From the NCBI GenBank assembly GCA_963764975.1, contig CAVXUF010000002.1:75894-139893 (forward strand): a DNA stretch of 64,000 nt, given 5' to 3'. The translations under genes and the position numbers were made by a program. The stretch is from an uncultured Chloroflexia bacterium. GTDB lineage: Bacteria > Chloroflexota > Limnocylindria > Limnocylindrales > CSP1-4. Below the pieces are notes generated by a model. It worked only from the letters and a program-made list of their open reading frames with translations. It did no database searches and was not told the DNA's origin. This document shows, one piece after another, positions 39,070 to 47,835 of this stretch. How positions within the stretch are numbered: position 1 is the first letter of the stretch; each line of letters opens with the position of its first letter.

Positions 39070-40215
39070 TCAGCGCAGCCGCACGCGTGGGTCGAGATAG
39101 GCGTACGACAGGTCGACGAGCAGGTTGATCAGCACGAACCCGATCGCGATGACCAGCGTGAAGCCCTGGATGACCGCGTAGTCGCGCGACCCGATCGCCT
39201 CGGTGACCGCGCGGCCCACGCCGGCCAGATTGAAGATCGTCTCGGTCAGGACGGCCCCCCCGAAGAGGCCGCCGATCTGCAGGCCGATGATCGTGACGAC
39301 CGGCAGCAGCGCGTTGCGGAACCCGTGGCGGAGCACGACGGAGCGCTCCCGGAGGCCCTTGGCCCGTGCCGTTCGGACATAGTCGAGGCCAAGTTCGTCG
39401 AGCAGGCTGGAGCGGGTCATCCGGGCGATGATCGCCAACGGGATGGTCCCGAGCGCCAGCGCCGGGAGGATCATGTGCCGGAGGGCGTCACCGAGCATCC
39501 CGAGGTCGCCGCGGATGATCGCATTGAAGGTGTTGATGTTGGACATGAAGTCGATGAACGCGCGGAGCGGTCCCTGCACCTCCTCGAGGCCGTAAACGGC
39601 AGCCAATGACGGCGCCGTCGTTCCCGCGGACAGGCGCGCGGATGGCGGTAATTCGAATGGCGTGCCGTTGAGGGTGATCGCGAAGATGTACGCCAGCAGC
39701 AGTCCGAGGACGAAGACGGGCGTCGAGACGCCGAGGTTCGCGACGAGCATCGTCGCCACATCCACGATCGAGTTGCGCCGATACGCCGAGACGATACCGA
39801 GGGTGATCCCCACGATGATGGCGAACAGGAGCGCGAAGAACGCGAGCTCGACGGTCGTGGGCAAACGCTGGATCAGGATGTCGGTCACTGGTAGACCGAA
39901 TTTGCTCGACACGCCGAATTCGCCCGACGCGACCTCCTGGAGGTAGACGACGAACTGGTTGTCGATCAGCGTCGCCGGGACTTCTTCGAGTCGGACGACC
40001 GTCTGCGCCTCGACCCGAAAGATGCCGGGGAGGATCGCCTTGTCGAGTCCATGCTCGATGGCGTACTGGTTGCAGGATGTCGCGTTCGCGCGCTCGCCGA
40101 GCGCCGCGTAGCACGGGTCCCCGGGGATCAGACGGGCAAGCGAGAACACGAGGAAGACGATCCCGAACAGGACCGGGATGCTCAGCAGCAGTCGCCGGAT
40201 GATGAACCGGATCAT
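39070..40215 (-). CDS. ABC transporter permease (OppB-like, long form)
   Basis: MIRFIIRRLLLSIPVLFGIVFLVFSLARLIPGDP and ..DYVRTARAKGLRERSVVLRHGFRNALLPV..; has an insertion after TM1. Confidence 0.9.
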   Translation of the reverse strand: MIRFIIRRLLLSIPVLFGIVFLVFSLARLIPGDPCYAALGERANATSCNQYAIEHGLDKAILPGIFRVEAQTVVRLEEVPATLIDNQFVVYLQEVASGEFGVSSKFGLPVTDILIQRLPTTVELAFFALLFAIIVGITLGIVSAYRRNSIVDVATMLVANLGVSTPVFVLGLLLAYIFAITLNGTPFELPPSARLSAGTTAPSLAAVYGLEEVQGPLRAFIDFMSNINTFNAIIRGDLGMLGDALRHMILPALALGTIPLAIIARMTRSSLLDELGLDYVRTARAKGLRERSVVLRHGFRNALLPVVTIIGLQIGGLFGGAVLTETIFNLAGVGRAVTEAIGSRDYAVIQGFTLVIAIGFVLINLLVDLSYAYLDPRVRLR

Positions 40216-40251
40216 GACGTCATGACGGGATCATGCCTCGGGCGGGATGGA

Positions 40252-40284
40252 ACGAAGGGACGCCACGGTGTGGCGTCCCTTCGT
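40252..40284 (-). other. Intra-operon stem-loop between binding-protein and permease genes
   Basis: ACGAAGGGACGCCAC-ggt-GTGGCGTCCCTTCGT: a 15-bp perfect stem with no U-tract. Confidence 0.4.
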
Positions 40285-40302
40285 CGTTGTCGGTCTGTCC
40301 GA

Positions 40303-42039
40303 TCAGGAAGCGGGGGGCGGGTTCAGGTAGCCGGCGAAGAGGTAGCTCCAGTACTCGAACAGGCCTTCCTGGCCGACGTGCAACGGATGCGCGGCATCCC
40401 ACTGCATGGCGTAGGTCAGGAGGACGTCGTCAGAGCCCAGGGTGGCGCCATTGTGGAACGTGACGCCGTCGCGGAGGGCGCAGGTCCACACGGTGGAGTC
40501 GGCGTTGGCGGTGCAGGACTCGGCGAGTCCCGGCTCCGGCGCCGTGCCACCGATCGCGTACGAGTACAGCCCTTCGAACAACTGCTCGCACACGCGCAGC
40601 GACTCGCCATCGGTCACGTCACCGCAGAACAGGCCACCCGGCTCGCCGTTCTGGAGCCACACGATCTGGTCGCGATCGCCGGCCTTCATGGCGAACAGCC
40701 CCTCGTTGCCGAGCGGCGACGAGTGGGCCCCGGTGACGTCGGCCCGGTAGGCCGTCCCCGAGCCGCCGTGGGCGACCGGGATCATCGGGATGTGGGTCTT
40801 GATGGCGTTGTTCGCCTCCGTGTAGGCGGCGTCTCGGGCCGCCTGATCGGCGGTCTGACCACCGGTCTTGAGAGGCCCGGTGATGTCGTCCCACTTGGTC
40901 CCGAAGCCATCGTCGGCACCGACGCCGAAGAAGACATCGAGGAAGTTGGTGACGTCGGGATAGTCGGCGCCCCACCCGAGGAGGAAGAGCCCGTCCAACT
41001 GGCCCTGGCTGGCCGTCGTGAGATAGGTCGTCGCGTCCTGGACGTCGATCTCGGCCGTGATGTTGAGGTTGGTCTTGAGCTGCGCCTGGATGTCCGTGGC
41101 CACGTCCACCGGGGTCGGCAGGTAGCCGCGAACGACATCGCGCAGATGCAGCTTGGTCTTGAACCCGTCCGGGTAGCCGGCTTCGGCCAGCAGGGCCTTC
41201 GCCGCGACCGGATCGAATCCGTACCACTCCTCACCGGTGCAACCGCCGGGGATGTCGCACGGGGTGAAGTGCGACGCCACGGACGATCCGGGCGGGTAGT
41301 ACGTGTCGACGATCCGCTGCCGGTCGATGCCGAGGGCGATCGCCTGGCGGACCTTCTCGTTGTCCCAGAATTCCTTGGTGTTGTTCATCCCGATGTAGAA
41401 GACGTTCAGCGCCGTTCGCGGGAAGAGCGCCAGGTCCGGATTGGCCTCGATCGTCTCGAAGTCATCGGCCCCGGGATTGTCGATCCCGTCGACGTTGCCG
41501 GACGTCAGCTCGAGCAGGCGCTGGGCCGACTCGGAGCTCCACCGGATAACGGCATTCGGGGTCAACGGCGGCGTGCCCCAGTAGCCGGCGTGGGTCTCGA
41601 GCGAGATGTCCGAACCGGAGGTCCAGGCCTTGAGCTTGTAGGGTCCGGTCCCGTTCGGGTTGCGGACGAGGGCCTCGCCACCGCCACCGGTCTCCTTGAG
41701 ATAGTCGGCGTCCTGGATCGCGAGCGACGTGAAGGCGATCTTTGACAGGAACGCGGCGTCCGGTGCGCACAGCGTGAATTCGACCGTCATCGGGTCGATC
41801 GTCTTGATCAGGCCGATCTGGCCGCTGTAATCGGCGATCGTGCAGGCGGAGTTCCCATCTTCGGGGTACGACGCCGGGACGAAGGGATCCGCGGACGCCG
41901 ATGGCGCGACGGATGGAGCGACGGACGGTGCCGTGCTCGGACTGGCTGATGGGGTCGTGCCACTACACGCCGCGAAGACGATCGCCGTCCCCGCGAGCAA
42001 CGCAGCGACGCGATGCGACCACCTCGGTGATCGGATCAT
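40303..42039 (-). CDS. ABC transporter substrate-binding lipoprotein, peptide/nickel (family 5) type
   Basis: MIRSPRWSHRVAALLAGTAIVFAAC-SG lipobox. AGGAGGAGAGG lies directly before ATG 42039; the ORF extension to 42282 is non-coding. Confidence 0.85.
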   Translation of the reverse strand: MIRSPRWSHRVAALLAGTAIVFAACSGTTPSASPSTAPSVAPSVAPSASADPFVPASYPEDGNSACTIADYSGQIGLIKTIDPMTVEFTLCAPDAAFLSKIAFTSLAIQDADYLKETGGGGEALVRNPNGTGPYKLKAWTSGSDISLETHAGYWGTPPLTPNAVIRWSSESAQRLLELTSGNVDGIDNPGADDFETIEANPDLALFPRTALNVFYIGMNNTKEFWDNEKVRQAIALGIDRQRIVDTYYPPGSSVASHFTPCDIPGGCTGEEWYGFDPVAAKALLAEAGYPDGFKTKLHLRDVVRGYLPTPVDVATDIQAQLKTNLNITAEIDVQDATTYLTTASQGQLDGLFLLGWGADYPDVTNFLDVFFGVGADDGFGTKWDDITGPLKTGGQTADQAARDAAYTEANNAIKTHIPMIPVAHGGSGTAYRADVTGAHSSPLGNEGLFAMKAGDRDQIVWLQNGEPGGLFCGDVTDGESLRVCEQLFEGLYSYAIGGTAPEPGLAESCTANADSTVWTCALRDGVTFHNGATLGSDDVLLTYAMQWDAAHPLHVGQEGLFEYWSYLFAGYLNPPPAS

Positions 42040-42201
42040 GCCTCTCCTCCTCATGTTGCCCCGACTCGCCCGGACATTGCCTCCCTGCCGGATCCCGGGG
42101 GCGTTCGCAGACCGTCCCAGGTCCCGGGACGGGTCGGCGCGAAGCCTAGCACCGGCACGTCGGCGATGCCAGTGGCGAGCATGGGCCGGTATGCTCGCGC
42201 C

Positions 42202-43110
42202 ATGCACCCAGGCCGGCTCCGGATCGCGCTCGCGCAGATCGCCCCGCGCCTCGGGCTGCTCGACGCCAATCTGCAACGCCACGTCATCCTCCTCGAGGAG
42301 GCGCGAACTGGTGGCGCGGACCTGGTCGTCTTCCCGGAACTGGGGTTGACCGGCTACCAGCTGCAGGACCTCGCCGGCGAGGTGGCGATGCGCCTCGACG
42401 ATCCGCGTCTCGCGTCGCTGGCCGCGGCCACCCCCGGGATGTCGGCCGTCGTGTCATTCGTCGAAGAGTCGATCGATCACCGGTTGTTCATCGCGGCCGC
42501 CCTGCTCGAGGACGGGGAGATCCGGCACGTCCACCGCAAGCTGTTCCTGCCCACCTACGGGCTCTTCGACGAGCGACGGTTCTTCGCCCCGGGGGATCGG
42601 CTGCGGGCCGTGCCGTCACGGTCCGGCATCGGGCTCGGGCTGGCGATCTGCGAGGACTTCTGGCATCTCATGGTGCCCCAGGTCCTCGGGCTCGACGGCG
42701 CGCAGATCCTGATCAACGTGTCGTCGTCGCCGGGCCGCGATCTGGCGGCCACCAACGAGGTCGGCCTGGGGACCGCGACGTCGTGGCGGACGCTCATGCG
42801 GACGTACGCGCAGCTGACCACTTCCTTCGTCGTGTTCTGCAATCGTGTCGGCGTGGAGGAATCGATCTCGTTCTGGGGCGGCTCGGAGGTCATCGGCCCG
42901 AATGGCGCGACGGTGTTCGGTGCTCCGCTGTACGACGAGGGCCTGTTCATGGCGGACATCGCGACCGGTGACCTGCGCCGGGAGCGGATCGCGCTGCCGC
43001 TGTTGCGCGACGAACGCCCGGAGCTGCACGTGCGCGAACTGGACCGCATCGTGAGCGAGCGCGCCGGGTTCGTGGCCGACACGACCGATGAGCCGGAGGT
43101 CGGACGATGA
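42202..43110 (+). CDS. Carbon-nitrogen hydrolase (nitrilase superfamily), probable glutaminase partner of NadE
   Basis: Glu-Lys-Cys triad contexts VVFPELGLTGY, HRKLFLPTYG and GLAICEDFWH. Its stop overlaps the nadE start (ATGA). Confidence 0.8.
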   Translation: MHPGRLRIALAQIAPRLGLLDANLQRHVILLEEARTGGADLVVFPELGLTGYQLQDLAGEVAMRLDDPRLASLAAATPGMSAVVSFVEESIDHRLFIAAALLEDGEIRHVHRKLFLPTYGLFDERRFFAPGDRLRAVPSRSGIGLGLAICEDFWHLMVPQVLGLDGAQILINVSSSPGRDLAATNEVGLGTATSWRTLMRTYAQLTTSFVVFCNRVGVEESISFWGGSEVIGPNGATVFGAPLYDEGLFMADIATGDLRRERIALPLLRDERPELHVRELDRIVSERAGFVADTTDEPEVGR

Positions 43111-43994
43111 CCGACATCGGCGCGGACCCGGGCGCGGACCCGGGCGCCGCCTTCGAGCTGCCGTCGGAACTCGCGATCGATACGGACGTCGCGCGCCGGA
43201 TCATCAGCGACTTCATCCGCGGCCAGCTGGGCCAGGCCGGGTTCGAGCGGGCGGTCCTGGGGCTGTCGGGCGGGATCGATTCGGGGCTGGTCGCCTATCT
43301 CGTCGCCGAGGCCATCGGCCCGGAGCGACTCCTGTGTGTGCTGATGCCGTACCGGACGTCATCGCCGGCGTCGCGGACAGACGCCGAGACGATCGTGGCC
43401 GCCCTCGGGACGAATTCGACCGTCGTCGAGATCACGCCCATGGTCGACGGCTATTTCGCGTCGTTCCCTGACGCGACGCCGCTGCGCCGCGGCAATCTTG
43501 CCGCCCGCCAGCGGATGGCCGTCCTCTACGACCACTCGGTCACGTTCGGCGGGCTCGTGGTCGGGACCGGCAACAAGACCGAGGCGCTGATCGGCTACAC
43601 CACGCTCTTCGGCGACTCCGCGTGCGCCTTCAACCCGATCGGGGACCTGTACAAGAGCCAGGTCCGTCAACTTGCGGTCGCGGTCGGGGTCCCCGATGCC
43701 GTCGTGCGCAAGGCGCCCTCAGCCGACCTGTGGCCGGGTCAGACCGACGAGGACGAGGGTGGGTTCGACTATCCGTCCCTGGACCGGCTCCTGTTCTGGC
43801 GCGTGGACAAGCGCCGGTCCACCGATGAGCTCGTCGCCATGGGGTTCGACGCAGCGCAGATCGCCCGTGTGGACCGGATGATCGCCACCTCGGAATTCAA
43901 GCGCCAGGTGCCGCCGATCGCCAAGCTCGGTCCCCGCACGGCCGGGGTGGACTACCTGTATCCGCGTCGTCGGCCGGGATCGGCGCGAGAGTGA
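43107..43994 (+). CDS. nadE: NAD+ synthetase, synthetase-domain-only form
   Basis: PP-loop LGLSGGIDSGLVAYL, ..GTGNKTE...GY.T.FGD.., ..PSADLWPGQTDE.. Confidence 0.9.
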   Translation: MTDIGADPGADPGAAFELPSELAIDTDVARRIISDFIRGQLGQAGFERAVLGLSGGIDSGLVAYLVAEAIGPERLLCVLMPYRTSSPASRTDAETIVAALGTNSTVVEITPMVDGYFASFPDATPLRRGNLAARQRMAVLYDHSVTFGGLVVGTGNKTEALIGYTTLFGDSACAFNPIGDLYKSQVRQLAVAVGVPDAVVRKAPSADLWPGQTDEDEGGFDYPSLDRLLFWRVDKRRSTDELVAMGFDAAQIARVDRMIATSEFKRQVPPIAKLGPRTAGVDYLYPRRRPGSARE

Positions 43995-44848
43995 ACAGCG
44001 GCGGCGGGACGCTGTACGTCGTCGCCACGCCGATCGGCAACCTGGCCGATGTCACGCTCCGCGCGATCGAGGTCCTCGGCGCCGTGCCGCTCATCGCCGC
44101 GGAAGACACGCGGCACACCGCGCGGCTGCTCGCTCGACATGGGATCCGGACGTCGATGACGAGCTTCCACGCGCGCAGCGGCCCGGCTCGGCTGGAGTCT
44201 CTCCTCGCGCACCTGCGCGCGGGGACGGATCTCGCCCTCGTGACCGACGCGGGCACGCCCGGCGTGAGTGACCCGGGGGCGGAGCTCGTGGCGGCGTGGG
44301 CGGCGGAGGGGGGCGTCGTCGTCCCGCTCCCGGGCGCATCAGCGGTCCTGGCGGCCGTGGCCGCGGCCGGCGTCGCTGGTCCGCGATGGGCGTTCGAGGG
44401 GTTCCTCCCGCGCACCGGTCGTGAGCGTCGCGAGCGGCTCGAGCGGATCGCGGCCGACCCGCGCGGCGCGGTGCTGTTCGAGGCCCCGGGCCGCGTGGCC
44501 GCGACCCTCCGCGACCTGGCCACCGCATGCGGGCCATCGCGGCGCGGGGCGGTGTGCCGGGAACTGACCAAGATCCACGAGGAGATCGTCCGCGACGAGC
44601 TCGGGGCGCTTGCCGCGGCGGCGGACGATGGCGCGATCCCCGCGCGTGGGGAGTTCGTGCTGGTCGTGGGCATGCGCGAGTCGTCCGAACCGTCGGCAGC
44701 CGACGCCGAGGCGCGTCTGACAGCGGCGCGCGCCGCTGTCGAGCGCCTCGTCGGATCGGGGGTCGCTCGTGGGGACGCCGCTCGGCGAGTGGCGGCTGAC
44801 ACGGGCTTGCCGCGGCGACGCCTCTACGATCCGGCCCCATCGCGGTAG
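43991..44848 (+). CDS. rsmI: 16S rRNA (cytidine1402-2'-O)-methyltransferase
   Basis: GTLYVVATPIGNLADVTLRAIEVL....LIAAEDTRHT..; tetrapyrrole-methylase fold. Confidence 0.9.
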   Translation: MNSGGGTLYVVATPIGNLADVTLRAIEVLGAVPLIAAEDTRHTARLLARHGIRTSMTSFHARSGPARLESLLAHLRAGTDLALVTDAGTPGVSDPGAELVAAWAAEGGVVVPLPGASAVLAAVAAAGVAGPRWAFEGFLPRTGRERRERLERIAADPRGAVLFEAPGRVAATLRDLATACGPSRRGAVCRELTKIHEEIVRDELGALAAAADDGAIPARGEFVLVVGMRESSEPSAADAEARLTAARAAVERLVGSGVARGDAARRVAADTGLPRRRLYDPAPSR

Positions 44849-44859
44849 CATCCGACTCG

Positions 44860-46725
44860 ATGCCCGACACGATCGGCCGCTGGGCGCCGTCCGGCGAAAG
44901 ACCCCGATTCGAGCGGCTGCGTGATCGTGCCCGGCGTCCCATCGACATCGTGGCCCTGGGAAGCTTGCTCACGGAGCAAGTCGTCCACATCGCCCACCAT
45001 CCGTCAGCGGGTGGGCAAGGGTCGATCCCCATCCGCTCGATGACGGCCTCGATCGGTGGAGGCGCGGCAAACGTCGCCGCGATCGGGGCCCGGCTGGGCG
45101 CGCGCACGATGCTGGTCAGCGCGATCGGGGACGGCCCGCGCGCCCACGAGATCCGCGATCGACTGGCGGACGCCGGCGTCGACGTCTCGCTTCTCGCGAT
45201 CCGCCCGGGTTGCGACGCGGACCTCCTGGTCCTGCTGTGCGACGTCGCAGGGGATTGGGTCGCGCTGGAGCAACTCGATCCGGACCTTCGGATGAGACAG
45301 GACGACTTGCCGGGACGCGAGATGCTGACGAAGGCGACGTGGCTACATGTCGATGGCTACGCGTCCTTCACGGCGGGCGATCCGGCGCTGGTCGACGCCG
45401 CTGTCGAGCGCGCGCGAGCGGCCGGATGTCTCGTCTCGGTCGATGCGGCGACCCCGTCCGCCACCGCGGAGCCCGGGTACATCCGGTCCCTGTTCGCCCG
45501 GGCCGATGTCGTCTTCGCCAATATCGTCGAAGCGTCGGCGCTCACATCGATCGCGCCCGAGGACATCGATGGGATGCTCACCGCGCTCCTTGACCTCGGC
45601 CCCGCGGTGGTGGTCCTCAAGGCCGGTGGTGCGGGGTCCATCGTCGCCTCAGCGGAGGGTCGAGCCCGGATCGCGGCTATTCCGACCGTCGTCATCGACA
45701 CTCTGGCGGCCGGCGATGCCTATGTCGCCGCGACGCTCGTCGGACTCGCGGAGGGTCGGACGCTCGTGGACGCCGCGCGGCGCGGCGCTGCCGCAGGGTC
45801 GGTGGCCTGTCGGACGCCAGGTTCCCAGGGTGGCATCTTCGATGCCGCCGCTGCCGAGGCCATGTCAGCGGCGCCCGGACCGGACGACGTCGAGGACCGC
45901 GTCATCCCGCTCGGGATGGCCCGATCGCCGGTTCGAGTGCGGCCGGTAGCTGATCTACGGGGCTTGCCGGATGGCGAGCTGCCGCGGTTCGCCCTGGTCC
46001 CGGGGAGCGAACGACGCGTGGAGCAGATCGCAGAGCGCCTCGCCGACGTACGCGTCATCGCCCACGATCGCGAGTTCCTGGCCATCACCGGCGACCTTGA
46101 TGGGATCCCGATGATGGCCTGCTCGACGGGGATCGGCGGGCACGGGGTCAGCCTGGTCGTCGACGCGCTGGGAGCCCGCGGCGCCGACACGTTCATCCGG
46201 GTGGGCGTCACTGGCGCGCTTCAGGACCGGATGCGCACCGGAGATCTGGTCGTCGCGTCGGCGGCCGTGCGGCTCGACGGCACCAGCGAGTACTACGCGG
46301 ATCTCGCCTACCCGGCGGTCGCGGACCATGCCGTCACGGTTGCCCTCGTGGCCGCCGCCCAGTCAAGGCAGGCGGTCGTCCATGTCGGGATCGGGTTCAC
46401 GGCATCGTCCTTCTACGCCGGGGAGGGGATCCCTGCGTTCCGCGGGTTCCGGTCGGCGTCGATGGCCGGGATCGAGGCCGAGATGCGGGAGATCGGGGTT
46501 CTCGACCAGGACACCGAGACTGCGACGCTGTTCACGGTCGCCCGCCGTCGCGGCTGGCGGGCCGGTCGGGTCAACGCGGTGGTGGACGACCGGACGGCCG
46601 CCGGCTACGACCCGACGGGAGAGCCGCTCGCCATCGAGACCGCGCTTGAGGCGGTCCGACGGCTCACGGCCTGGGACGAGGCCGGGCGCACGTGGCGTGC
46701 CGGTCAGCCTGGGGCGGAACGATGA
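44860..46725 (+). CDS. Fusion protein: N-terminal PfkB-family sugar/nucleoside kinase + C-terminal divergent PNP/UDP-family nucleoside phosphorylase domain
   Basis: Single uninterrupted 621-codon ORF. The N-terminal half has IGGGAANVA and DTLAAGDAY (PfkB signatures). The C-terminal half has CSTGIGGHG, IRVGVTGAL and DQDTETATLF, which align with STGIGCPS, IRVGTSGA and CSEMEAATLY of the neighbouring phosphorylases. Confidence 0.75.
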   Translation: MPDTIGRWAPSGERPRFERLRDRARRPIDIVALGSLLTEQVVHIAHHPSAGGQGSIPIRSMTASIGGGAANVAAIGARLGARTMLVSAIGDGPRAHEIRDRLADAGVDVSLLAIRPGCDADLLVLLCDVAGDWVALEQLDPDLRMRQDDLPGREMLTKATWLHVDGYASFTAGDPALVDAAVERARAAGCLVSVDAATPSATAEPGYIRSLFARADVVFANIVEASALTSIAPEDIDGMLTALLDLGPAVVVLKAGGAGSIVASAEGRARIAAIPTVVIDTLAAGDAYVAATLVGLAEGRTLVDAARRGAAAGSVACRTPGSQGGIFDAAAAEAMSAAPGPDDVEDRVIPLGMARSPVRVRPVADLRGLPDGELPRFALVPGSERRVEQIAERLADVRVIAHDREFLAITGDLDGIPMMACSTGIGGHGVSLVVDALGARGADTFIRVGVTGALQDRMRTGDLVVASAAVRLDGTSEYYADLAYPAVADHAVTVALVAAAQSRQAVVHVGIGFTASSFYAGEGIPAFRGFRSASMAGIEAEMREIGVLDQDTETATLFTVARRRGWRAGRVNAVVDDRTAAGYDPTGEPLAIETALEAVRRLTAWDEAGRTWRAGQPGAER

Positions 46726-47561
46726 CGGATCGCGACTTCGTCCATCGCGGGTTCGGCGGGGCCCTCCGACCCGGGGACATCGCGCCGTTGGTCGTGCTGG
46801 CGGCCGATCGCGAGACGGTTCGGTCGTTGACGGCCGCCTGGACCGACGCCCGGCGCGTGGCGGACCACTACGCCTTCGAGGTGTGGGCCGGACGGGTCGG
46901 CGAGGTCGCGCTCGCGGCCTGTTCGACCGGAACGGGGTCCCCGGGGGCCGCGATCGCGATCGAGGAACTCGCCGGACTCGGTGCCCGAACGCTCGTGGGG
47001 ATCGGGGCCACCCGAGCGCCGCTCGGTGACGGTCCCGTCGGGCGGATCATCATCGCCGATGGTGCGGTTCGCGGCGACACTGCGAGCGCCGGTTATGCCC
47101 GCGAAGGCGTGCCGGCCACGCCGGACGTCGAGGTCGTACTGGCCGCGGAGGTCGCGGCTCGCGGTACCGGGGTGGTCATCGTGCACGACGTCGTGGCGGA
47201 CCTCGACGCCGCGGCTCACGCGACAGGCGGGCGGCTCGCGGCCGGGGCGCCGCGGTCCCGCGCGATCGCGGCCACCATCCGGGCGACCGGGGCCATCCCT
47301 GTCGATGGCTCTCCGGCGACGCTGCTCGTGATCGGCGCCATCCACGGTCTCCGTACGGGGTTCATCGGCGCCGATCCATGGCGACCGGACGGGACCCCGG
47401 ATCCCGAGGGCCTACGCCACGCCGCCATGATCGCAACGACGACGCTCCTGACGCTCGATGCCTGGGATCGCGGTCGGGATGGGGTGCCTACCTCGTTCGC
47501 GGAACGGATGGCCGCCATGCCACCGCAAGGCGGGCATCGGACCCAGCCGACCGGCAGCTGA
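46722..47561 (+). CDS. Degenerate PNP/UDP-fold protein (phosphorylase-like, key motifs lost)
   Basis: CSTGTGSPGAAIAIEEL and VGIGATRA retain the fold signature, but the GDPxR phosphate motif and the E-M-E motif are absent. ATGA overlap with the fusion gene. Confidence 0.6.
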   Translation: MTDRDFVHRGFGGALRPGDIAPLVVLAADRETVRSLTAAWTDARRVADHYAFEVWAGRVGEVALAACSTGTGSPGAAIAIEELAGLGARTLVGIGATRAPLGDGPVGRIIIADGAVRGDTASAGYAREGVPATPDVEVVLAAEVAARGTGVVIVHDVVADLDAAAHATGGRLAAGAPRSRAIAATIRATGAIPVDGSPATLLVIGAIHGLRTGFIGADPWRPDGTPDPEGLRHAAMIATTTLLTLDAWDRGRDGVPTSFAERMAAMPPQGGHRTQPTGS

Positions 47562-47606
47562 CACCCCCGGATCGCGAGGTCCTGGCGGGTGTCCGACCCG
47601 GTCCAC

Positions 47607-47635
47607 TTGAAGGCAACCTGAAAAACCACTAGCAA
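47607..47635 (+). promoter_or_regulatory. Candidate promoter in an AT-rich patch (TTGAAG-17-TAGCAA)
   Basis: Locally AT-rich ~40-bp island in an otherwise GC-rich context, ~200 nt upstream of the ECF S-component ATG. Confidence 0.3.
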
Positions 47636-47835
47636 ATTGTGATGTGGCCCGCTACCGTACCGTCAGGCGCGGTCGGCCAGGGCCGCCGCGTTCGTGCACC
47701 GGGACTGCGGCGGAGAGCCCAACTCGCTGTCGTAATCCTCGGATGGGTCGCGATCACCCGGATGCACACGAGATCATTCGGCGATCTCGTCCAGAGGCGG
47801 CGAGACGCCTGTGCAGAGGGAGGTTCGGAACGACC

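Noticed and set aside
47607-47645. CCUGAAAAAACCACUAG looked like the A-rich tail plus CUAG of a preQ1-I riboswitch, which would fit the queuosine-salvage idea.
   Set aside because: I could not find the complementary P1 5' arm (no CAGGUU-type segment upstream), and the spacing between the A-tract and CUAG differs from the consensus. The patch is more simply read as a promoter. Only a covariance-model scan can settle it.
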